64,000 bases of DNA from a virus (taxonomy: Duplodnaviria > Caudoviricetes): the IMG/VR virus record IMGVR_UViG_3300042885_001472, one strand, 5' to 3'. Below are positions 56,607 to 64,000 of this stretch, piece after piece. Position numbers and translations under genes: made by a program. Under the pieces are notes generated by a model. It had not been told where the DNA came from and searched no databases. It saw only the letters and a program-made list of their open reading frames with translations. The number at the start of each line of letters is the position of its first letter. Within the stretch, counting starts at the first letter, position 1.

Positions 56607-57349
56607 ACGTTAATTATTTTATTTATTTTTCTAACTTTGAATGGGTGAAATATTTGAAGCCATAATTTTGTAAATCTCACATAAAATCTATTATCAACCT
56701 GATCACAAATATCTAAACCCATAACTCTTTGTTTAAGTTTTTTTAATTGTCTTTGATTACCATTGATTATACAATTTTTATATTCTTTTTTAAATTCTTT
56801 AACAGAGAATTTAACCATTCTCCAGAAGGGGATAATATGTACGTATGAGTATTCTCCGGATAACTTCCAAAATTCTAATTTCCACTTCCACCAAGAAGGT
56901 TGATATTCTTTTTCAATTGGGAATTTATGACCAAGTTCTTTAGGTATTAAATTAATTTTGTATTTTAATAGTTTTATCGTAATGGTTCTTTCTTTAATTT
57001 TATCTTTACCTAATTGGTAATGATAATTCCATGAATTAATGGCGAATGAATGACCGGTAGTTTGTTCTAAAGATTTAACTAGATCAGTATACGTTATACT
57101 ATCTGGTCGTTCACCGAAAAAACAATCACCATCTTCAATCCAGGAAACATCACATTGATTGGCGACACATTCTTCATTAGGACATTGATACCCATCTTTA
57201 AGTGAGGGAATTCCATTTGGATTTGAAACATGTTCACTCAAATCTTGATAATGATCTTTATGAGTAATACTTAATTTACTTCCACAAGAAGGACAATATA
57301 ATTCTCTTTTCATTAGTTTTATTTTTCTGGGTTTCCAAACATTATCCAC
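56603..57349 (-). CDS. hypothetical protein with CPSC motif
   Basis: ORF track; start probably at MKRELYCP. Confidence 0.65.
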   Translation of the reverse strand: MDNVWKPRKIKLMKRELYCPSCGSKLSITHKDHYQDLSEHVSNPNGIPSLKDGYQCPNEECVANQCDVSWIEDGDCFFGERPDSITYTDLVKSLEQTTGHSFAINSWNYHYQLGKDKIKERTITIKLLKYKINLIPKELGHKFPIEKEYQPSWWKWKLEFWKLSGEYSYVHIIPFWRMVKFSVKEFKKEYKNCIINGNQRQLKKLKQRVMGLDICDQVDNRFYVRFTKLWLQIFHPFKVRKINKIINV

Positions 57350-57504
57350 GCAAATACACTTAATCCTTCAATTACTATTGTAAGCATCCACCAACCAACA
57401 GTTTCTCCTTTAGGATCGTACATACAAGCAATACACGGCCATATTAATAATGTTGTTACTATTACGAACAATAGTACTCTAAATAATATTTTTAAACCTT
57501 TCAT
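57319..57504 (-). CDS. small membrane protein
   Basis: 2 TM. Confidence 0.6.
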   Translation of the reverse strand: MKGLKILFRVLLFVIVTTLLIWPCIACMYDPKGETVGWWMLTIVIEGLSVFAWIMFGNPEK

Positions 57505-57507
57505 AAA

Positions 57508-57753
57508 TTAGTTATTATAGTTAATAATGTAACAAGTGTATATAATTGTGTACGTAAAGTAAAGAAAGAATACTACCCCCACAACAAATGTTGTAATAAA
57601 CAATCCAAATCCCCAAGTTTCACCAGGAGTCTCATCTTGATCACCTATAAAAATATTAGTCACTTTACCTATTAACCACGGGAGAAAAACTATACCTAAT
57701 AATGTTAGTATTGTTAGTACATGTACTTGTAATGTCGTAAATTCTGTTGTCAT
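57508..57753 (-). CDS. small membrane protein
   Basis: 2 TM. Confidence 0.6.
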   Translation of the reverse strand: MTTEFTTLQVHVLTILTLLGIVFLPWLIGKVTNIFIGDQDETPGETWGFGLFITTFVVGVVFFLYFTYTIIYTCYIINYNN

Positions 57754-57754
57754 A

Positions 57755-58444
57755 TTATTTATTTAATTCGTTATAGGTATTAATGATTTGTTCTATTTCA
57801 CTTATTTCAAAATCAGAACAGCCAATTCTAACTCCTTTAGGAAATGATACGGTGTAGCTTGTTCCAGAACCAGTTATCTTAGTGTTATTATCTGTCATAA
57901 TTCTATATACATTAAGTAGGTCTTTGTATACAATTACATTCTCACCATCAACAACAACACCATTACCAATCACAACCTTGATTCTACCAGTACCTAACAC
58001 TAATGTTTTGGTTTGGTCTTCTTTATAGATAGGCTCCCATGTTTCAACTATTTCTTTAGGTACTGAATAAGTGTTTTTGATTGTGTTGTTGGGTATATAT
58101 AAATCATTATTTCCACTATATTTGATATATAATGTTCCTTTTGGATGGTCACCCATAGTTATTGGTGATTTGTAACCGATTATTTCTTTTTTCATATTTG
58201 TTTTATTCTTTAAGATATATTTTTCAAATTGTTCAAATGTGATTAATGTTCCTACACTATTACCATACACATTACCTGGTGATACGCCACCATAGACATC
58301 TAGGTCACCTTCTGTTTCATAAAAATTAGGTGTCTGGGAACAAGCAAATTCACTCTGGTCAAACCATCTTCCTACTATCTTGGCTTGTTCTTTGGTGGTG
58401 ACATTAATATACCATTGTTTAGGTATTACAAATTCTTTATTCAT
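57755..58444 (-). CDS. hypothetical protein
   Basis: ORF track. Confidence 0.65.
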   Translation of the reverse strand: MNKEFVIPKQWYINVTTKEQAKIVGRWFDQSEFACSQTPNFYETEGDLDVYGGVSPGNVYGNSVGTLITFEQFEKYILKNKTNMKKEIIGYKSPITMGDHPKGTLYIKYSGNNDLYIPNNTIKNTYSVPKEIVETWEPIYKEDQTKTLVLGTGRIKVVIGNGVVVDGENVIVYKDLLNVYRIMTDNNTKITGSGTSYTVSFPKGVRIGCSDFEISEIEQIINTYNELNK

Positions 58445-58627
58445 CTTATTTATTTATATTAGTTTATTTATTATATTCCCAACCAACCCAAAACATTAAA
58501 CAAAGACAAGTTAATTGTATCCCAAGTAAAACTATATTGATTGGGAATATTGGAATTATCGCGGCCGTTGGGATAAAGGATATTAACCTGACCAACTCTT
58601 TTCGTTTTTTAATTTCTTCTTTCATCA

Positions 58628-58918
58628 TTATCTATATTTTCTAATTAATTTAAAGATCTCTCCAATGTCGGTAAACCTTAATTCTTCACCAAGTTTAACC
58701 GGTAAGAACGCGATGGTGAATCCGTGATTGGCCATAAATTGTTCAGTGACACGAACACCATTAATAGTGTGAATATATATCCAAGGATAGTTACCACTTA
58801 ACTTAACCTCAATACCAAGTTTTTTCATCCGGTCAACGAATACTGTTAAAATATCTTTTCCCATAACTTTAGAATAATACCACAGTGACATTAAGTTTAT
58901 TGGTATGACCCAAATCAA
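58628..58918 (-). CDS. hypothetical protein
   Basis: GNYPWIYI..HGFTIAF; start probably at MGKDIL. Confidence 0.6.
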   Translation of the reverse strand: MIWVIPINLMSLWYYSKVMGKDILTVFVDRMKKLGIEVKLSGNYPWIYIHTINGVRVTEQFMANHGFTIAFLPVKLGEELRFTDIGEIFKLIRKYR

Positions 58919-59210
58919 TCATATGTTTAGTACCCTTAGATTTTCCGTCCCAGAACACAATTAATGTGTCAGCGTATTCGGCCATCTCCTTGTTTCTAAG
59001 AAACCCAGCGGACTTACCGAACTTAGCCCAATTAGGTAAAAACTTTTTAATGGGGATATTATTCTCAATAGCGTAACGTTCACCTAATAGATCAGCTCCC
59101 TTAGCTGTACCACTAACTATTTCAGTGATGGTATCAAGATTAGTAACATTAGTTTTAAGGAGGTCGTAGTCATTAAATGTTCTACTTCCAGCGATGATAA
59201 GTTTAGACAT
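58869..59210 (-). CDS. SLOG family (YspA/DUF2493-like) protein
   Basis: LIIAGSRTFNDY, IVSGTAKGADLLG, AGFLRN..FWDGKSKGTKHMI. Confidence 0.85.
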   Translation of the reverse strand: MSKLIIAGSRTFNDYDLLKTNVTNLDTITEIVSGTAKGADLLGERYAIENNIPIKKFLPNWAKFGKSAGFLRNKEMAEYADTLIVFWDGKSKGTKHMIDLGHTNKLNVTVVLF

Positions 59211-59264
59211 ATTTTTATTTTTTACGAAGATATGGAATATATTTTAAATAAACAAATTTATTAA

Positions 59265-59384
59265 GTGTGAGTTAGTAGCCAAACCCGGCCCATGACAACC
59301 AAACTACTAACCCAACACCTAATAACACTGGATGTGTTAATGTGGAAAACTATCAAATAAACCTCAATAACGTTTTACATCCAG
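59265..59384 (-). ncRNA. putative two-hairpin small RNA
   Basis: Stems 59265-59318 and 59328-59384; TACATTTG on - strand at 59403-59410; no ORF. Confidence 0.4.
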
Positions 59385-59506
59385 AGACAACAAACAATGT
59401 GACAAATGTAAGGATAATATTTTATAAAACAAAATAAAATATGTTAAAATTTAAAATATTTTTTATATTTAGCCGTAAGTGTAGTAATTGGTAGGGTTAT
59501 GGCCAA

Positions 59507-60145
59507 TTATAAGGCTTTTTTCATCAATAGTGAGGCTGTATACCCCTTTAAATTGAAAGTATCTTCTACCCAGGAACTTAGAACCACCTCTTTTTGATGA
59601 TATTTCATACCAAAAACAAATTCAAAAAATAACCAAATTTCATCATAATCAAACAAAAATTGTTTAGTTTTTTTATCCTGTTCTATAACAACTTTTCCAT
59701 CTTTTTTAAAAAAAATTGACTTAGGATAATATTCAGATTTAACAATTTCCAATTGATCAGGACTAAAGTAAAAGTTCATCCAGTTAGAGGGAGTTAATTT
59801 TAATCCACTAATGGATTTAAAGTAATTTGAATAGATTTCTTTAGTATAATGTTTAAATATTTTACTAATCTCATCATCACTAAAACCAATACCTTTTAAA
59901 TAAAGTACACTACCAAAAAGGTCTTCCATAGGGTTGGGATATTTTTTTTGTAATATACCTATCACTTTATTTAAATGAGGTTCTCTGATGGTTTTAAAAA
60001 TTTCTTTAATTTCATTTTCATCATAACCAGCTTCCTCTAAAAAGTTCTTAATATCTTTGTAAGAAGTTAAATTCATTTTAATCAACACATCAACAATTCT
60101 ATTATCAACGGTTTCTTTTAATATTTGTTTAATTAGTTTTTTCAT
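59507..60145 (-). CDS. leader-family tandem paralogue 1 (MKKLIKQILKE)
   Basis: VDNRIVDVLIK..LTPSNWMNFYF. Confidence 0.75.
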   Translation of the reverse strand: MKKLIKQILKETVDNRIVDVLIKMNLTSYKDIKNFLEEAGYDENEIKEIFKTIREPHLNKVIGILQKKYPNPMEDLFGSVLYLKGIGFSDDEISKIFKHYTKEIYSNYFKSISGLKLTPSNWMNFYFSPDQLEIVKSEYYPKSIFFKKDGKVVIEQDKKTKQFLFDYDEIWLFFEFVFGMKYHQKEVVLSSWVEDTFNLKGYTASLLMKKAL

Positions 60146-60179
60146 TTAATATAAATAGTTGATAACTACATTAACTTTA

Positions 60180-60665
60180 TTAATACCATCCACCGGTAAG
60201 GGGATTAATTTTACTATTTTCTATACCCATATAATTTTTTAACCACCTATCTAAATGAGATCTCATTTCATGTAGATCTAAATCAAATATTATTTGAATC
60301 GGTGACCATATACTACTTTTATCAACCCAAAAACCATTATTTGGTGGATGATATTCCATAACAATTTTACCATCTTTTGAATAATAAATGGAATCCATAT
60401 CAAGAACTGGTACAACATCATTATCAATAATATCAAGTTGATCAGGATTAAAATAAAAATTCATCCAATTGGATGGTGTCAAATCCATACCACTAATGGT
60501 TTTAAAGTAACTATTATAAATCTCATCAATTTCTTTAGAATCATATCCAACTTTTTTTAAAAACTCTTCAATTTCTTTAGTATTGGTCAAATTTAATTTA
60601 ATTAATACATCAATAATTCTATTATCAAAGGATTCTTTTAATATTTTCTTAATTAGTTGTTTCAT
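60180..60665 (-). CDS. leader-family tandem paralogue 2 (MKQLIKKILKE)
   Basis: same domain. Confidence 0.75.
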   Translation of the reverse strand: MKQLIKKILKESFDNRIIDVLIKLNLTNTKEIEEFLKKVGYDSKEIDEIYNSYFKTISGMDLTPSNWMNFYFNPDQLDIIDNDVVPVLDMDSIYYSKDGKIVMEYHPPNNGFWVDKSSIWSPIQIIFDLDLHEMRSHLDRWLKNYMGIENSKINPLTGGWY

Positions 60666-60713
60666 TTAATATAAATATCTTTTTTAATTTAAAACTTCAC
60701 ACAAAATGTGTGA

Positions 60714-60812
60714 TGTATAACCCTTTAATTTGAGAGTCTCCTCCAACGTTACCAGCGATAGCCGTTGGTTGATTTGGGTGTATAACCCTTTAATTTGAGA
60801 GTCTCCTCCAAC
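60714..60812. repeat. 34-bp direct repeat (60714-60747 and 60779-60812)
   Basis: TGTATAACCCTTTAATTTGAGAGTCTCCTCCAAC occurs twice. Confidence 0.85.
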
Positions 60813-61222
60813 CAGTATCTCAAAACTTCCCGCATTTGTTCGTATTCCATACCAAAAAACGATTCAAAAAATGACCAAATTTCTTTATAACTAAACCAAA
60901 AATACCTACTTTTTTTATTCTCTTCCATCACAACTTTCCCATCTTTCTTAAAGAAAATAGAATTTTTATATTCATCATCTTTAACAACTTCTAGTTTATC
61001 TGGACTAAAATAATAATTCATCCAGTTCATAGGTGTCAATTCTAATCCACTGATGGATTTAAAGTAACTATAATAAATTTCATTAATTTCTTTAGAATCA
61101 TATCCAGCTTCCTCTAAAAATTCTTTAATTTTCTTATAATCATTTAAATTTAATTTAATTAGGACATCAACGATTCTATTGTCAACGGTTTCTTTTAATA
61201 TGGTTCTAATAAGGTTTTTCAT
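60749..61222 (-). CDS. leader-family tandem paralogue 3 (MKNLIRTILKE)
   Basis: same domain. Confidence 0.75.
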   Translation of the reverse strand: MKNLIRTILKETVDNRIVDVLIKLNLNDYKKIKEFLEEAGYDSKEINEIYYSYFKSISGLELTPMNWMNYYFSPDKLEVVKDDEYKNSIFFKKDGKVVMEENKKSRYFWFSYKEIWSFFESFFGMEYEQMREVLRYWLEETLKLKGYTPKSTNGYRW

Positions 61223-61378
61223 CTATATTATAAATATGTTGGATTTTATATTAATTAACGGGGGTATAAATAAAAGAACCACAACCGGGGGAAATAATAC
61301 TAATAGTAATAATATAATACTATACCAATATAGTATAAATAATAAAGAAAGAGATAAAAGTATACAGAACTAGTATAA

Positions 61379-61813
61379 TTAAAAATAACCCATAGAGTAA
61401 TTATCCAATATGGAATCATCAAAAAAAGAATTATCCTTTATCCATATATGTAAAACAAAATTAACATCCTTAACAAAATACTCCAATGATGAAACAATGG
61501 AATGGTTAAACCATATTGTATGAACCCATGTATGATAATTTAAACTTAGGTCATAGGTAATAATAGTTAAATCATCATTTCTAATCATCATATCAAAATC
61601 ACTCTCAGAAGAAATGGTGGGAGAATCATAAACATAATTTAACCAGGTTACAGGAGTAAAATCTATACCGGTAATAAATTTAAAATACCCAAACCATATG
61701 GAAGTAATTTCAGATTCAGAATAACCACAATCAGATAGGAAGGTAAAAACTAATTTAACATCAGATACATTAAGTTTCATCTTAATCAGTATATCAAATA
61801 TTCGTATATCCAT
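61379..61813 (-). CDS. divergent paralogue 4 without leader
   Basis: IRIFDILIKM..DFTPVTWLNY. Confidence 0.55.
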   Translation of the reverse strand: MDIRIFDILIKMKLNVSDVKLVFTFLSDCGYSESEITSIWFGYFKFITGIDFTPVTWLNYVYDSPTISSESDFDMMIRNDDLTIITYDLSLNYHTWVHTIWFNHSIVSSLEYFVKDVNFVLHIWIKDNSFFDDSILDNYSMGYF

Positions 61814-62606
61814 ATATTAAATCTAAGAGAGGTAAAAGAAATATGAGGGGGTATAATGTGTATAAAAAGATAATGTCACTAAGAAAGAATCTGATATGTT
61901 AAATGTCATTTAAATGTACTTAATCGTCTGATAACCGCCTCTACCCCTAAAATGGGGGTATTGTGAGAATATCATAAAATGATAAAGATTACCGATAAAA
62001 ATAGGGGTAATTGATGGTACAATAGGGGGGTTATAGTTTACAGTAGTGGGTTTACCATTTACTGAAGGGGTATTACTTCTACAACTGGGGTATAAATACT
62101 CAATCCATATCGCCCCTTCCACAAACTCACGATAATTCCCCCCCGGAAAGTTTCAAAAAGTTATTAACAAATCCCCCTTTTTTGAGATGAGTTACCCCCT
62201 TTCCTCTATTTTGACTATGTACTATTCCTTATTTTATCATACTGTAAATGTACTAAATTAATTTTATATATCCTAATTTTATTTGTTAAATTATTATATT
62301 ATAATCGGAACTATTCCGGCCGTCCCCCTTTAATCTTACATTCCCTGATCGGGGGGGATTTTAATATTTCATTAATTATCCAAGTGGATTGATCCGGATA
62401 TGGATTATCTACACTCAATGTTTCTAAGTATTGGGGTATTATTTTCCATGACGCTTTTTCTCTTGACTTAACTTCTGTTACCATTCTTAATTGGGGGGGA
62501 TTTTAATACCATATTAACCATATAATCTCCACCCCACCTCACCTTAACGTTTTTAACAATTGTTCCGGTATCTAAGATCATATCAATCTTTGATATTTGA
62601 TCCAGA

Positions 62607-62813
62607 CTATGGGTTAATGTTGTAGTTATCATTTTCTATATGGATTGAGGTTTCTAATATTTTATTCACCACATTATTATATTGAAAATTATACTGGGGG
62701 TGACTACATCTAACTTCGTTAATTTTTATACCCCTATATAATACTTCTTGTTCAATGGTGAATATTTGTTTTAATTTACTATAACGTACTTTTTTAATAA
62801 ATCCTTTTTCCAT
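62607..62813 (-). CDS. hypothetical protein
   Basis: ORF track. Confidence 0.45.
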   Translation of the reverse strand: MEKGFIKKVRYSKLKQIFTIEQEVLYRGIKINEVRCSHPQYNFQYNNVVNKILETSIHIENDNYNINP

Positions 62814-62982
62814 TTCTTAATACTTCTAATAGTTTATACTTCTGGAATAGACCGGTATTGAAATCTGGTAATAGTCTCTTCACTTTTGATATCTGGGTTA
62901 TAATATGAGTTTCATTTACCCCTGACATCATTATGTCTGAAGATACTATTGATTTTACATTCTTTATCATATCTTTTCCCAT
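62794..62982 (-). CDS. hypothetical protein
   Basis: ORF track. Confidence 0.4.
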   Translation of the reverse strand: MGKDMIKNVKSIVSSDIMMSGVNETHIITQISKVKRLLPDFNTGLFQKYKLLEVLRNGKRIY

Positions 62983-63097
62983 TTTTTATTATTTCTTCCG
63001 TGGTTTGACATTTTATTATACCTGTGGTGGGGTTAATTATACATTGTTCTTTACCCCTATGTGTCCACTTTACAATTTTTATCAAATCTCTTTCCAT
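62912..63097 (-). CDS. hypothetical protein
   Basis: ORF track. Confidence 0.4.
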   Translation of the reverse strand: MERDLIKIVKWTHRGKEQCIINPTTGIIKCQTTEEIIKNGKRYDKECKINSIFRHNDVRGK

Positions 63098-63189
63098 TTT
63101 CTATTATACCTTCTATACTTTGACCTACTGTACCAGTTGATTTAAATTTTATTTTAAATGTAACTACTATGGACGATGATTTTACCTCT

Positions 63190-63573
63190 TTAACCATTAC
63201 TATCTTCTAATATTTTTTCTACATCCCCCTCCGGTTGAGTATCCAGTTTCGCTGTGACTGTGTGTTTAACATTGGTAATGATGTTGGTAACATATTCTTT
63301 GATTAGGTCTACAAACTCTGGTTCATCCGACCCGGTTAAACTCATAAAGGATGTCCCCCAGTTATAAGACCACCACAATGTTCCGGACACCTCAAACTCC
63401 AATCTCCATTCCTTTGTCGTGGGGTTAATCCACCACCAAGATTCCAAAAGTTCACTATAATAAAGTTCATAAGATGATAGATCTTTATGTAATCGATCCA
63501 ACATAAATTCTTGATATCTTTCTTCCTGTGTCATATTAATTAATTTACCACTAAGGTATGGATTATATTCCAT
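63190..63573 (-). CDS. hypothetical protein
   Basis: ORF track. Confidence 0.6.
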   Translation of the reverse strand: MEYNPYLSGKLINMTQEERYQEFMLDRLHKDLSSYELYYSELLESWWWINPTTKEWRLEFEVSGTLWWSYNWGTSFMSLTGSDEPEFVDLIKEYVTNIITNVKHTVTAKLDTQPEGDVEKILEDSNG

Positions 63574-63759
63574 ATAAACAAATTATTTATGTTAATTTTT
63601 CGGTGGGGGGTGAAATCCCTTATTTTTTAAAAAAAGGTAGGGTGGAGTCCACACTCCAAGAACCCCCTTGGTTTCCAGCCCGTCTCAATTTACATTACCG
63701 ACAGTACGAAATTACGGAAATTAATTGGATTATCCTAATATTTATTGTATATTTATATC

Positions 63760-64000
63760 ATGAAAGATTTTAGAATTATAATTTGGAAAGAAAAATCAAT
63801 GAACAGTCAACGAGAAATAGAGATGGATCAGGCCGTGGATAAGGTTTTTAAAATAAAAGATAACTTATACGACCTATTTAATGGTTTACATGACTCAGAT
63901 TACGATTTACCCACAGATGATAAAGATTATGATGATATGTGGAACTTAATGAAAAGAATGGCTCATTTAGTTGTTAATAAACATTTTGGTTTTGATGAGG
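63760..64000 (+). CDS. 3'-partial hypothetical protein
   Basis: ATG 63760 after ATATTTAT; open to the window end. Confidence 0.55.
   Translation, partial: MKDFRIIIWKEKSMNSQREIEMDQAVDKVFKIKDNLYDLFNGLHDSDYDLPTDDKDYDDMWNLMKRMAHLVVNKHFGFDE

Noticed and set aside
46500-58900. Second attC array in the dense minus-strand small-gene block
   Set aside because: Intergenic gaps are 0-30 bp and I found no TAAC..GTTA palindromes by eye; a covariance-model scan would confirm.
1964-63773. Short antisense or overlapping track ORFs (e.g. 1964, 4262, 4938, 8367, 18733, 19595, 20618, 22002, 24498, 25913, 26252, 31555, 33021, 33312, 41545, 42175, 43205, 48833, 50794, 53598, 54793, 61179, 61910, 62933, 63558)
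   Set aside because: They overlap better-supported genes or non-coding DNA and show no motifs.

Overview
AT-rich segment of a large (jumbo) tailed-phage genome. The host is probably a Bacteroidetes/Flavobacteria species, judged from TTTG-N19-20-TAnnTTTG promoters and a captured T9SS-tagged host gene. Genes run mostly on + from 1 to 41.7 kb and on - from 41.8 to 63.6 kb. The main discovery is an integron-like system at 9055-19782: 22 attC-like imperfect palindromes separate 22 small gene cassettes, followed by a lone attI-like half-site and a 266-aa tyrosine recombinase that lacks the IntI-specific insertion. Each cassette begins and ends with complementary cores (19/22 perfect 7-bp matches), whereas the two cores within one attC match in only 4/22, the pattern expected after cassette shuffling. 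Cassette ORFs point toward the integrase, several start inside attC, unrelated ORFs share identical cassette ends, and the cargo looks like ordinary phage genes. Other content: a 9-aa-repeat fibre-like protein, a homing endonuclease, SmpB, ferritin, MazG, a 3'-5' exonuclease, a PAS histidine kinase/response regulator pair inside a lysis module (GH19, holin-like, amidase), a recently captured host ice-binding-protein fragment, two C5 methyltransferases, degenerate tRNA-like RNAs, and about 20 unrelated proteins with a shared '(I/L)(I/L)xE' N-terminal leader. All coordinates were counted by hand and functional calls come from motif recognition, not database searches.
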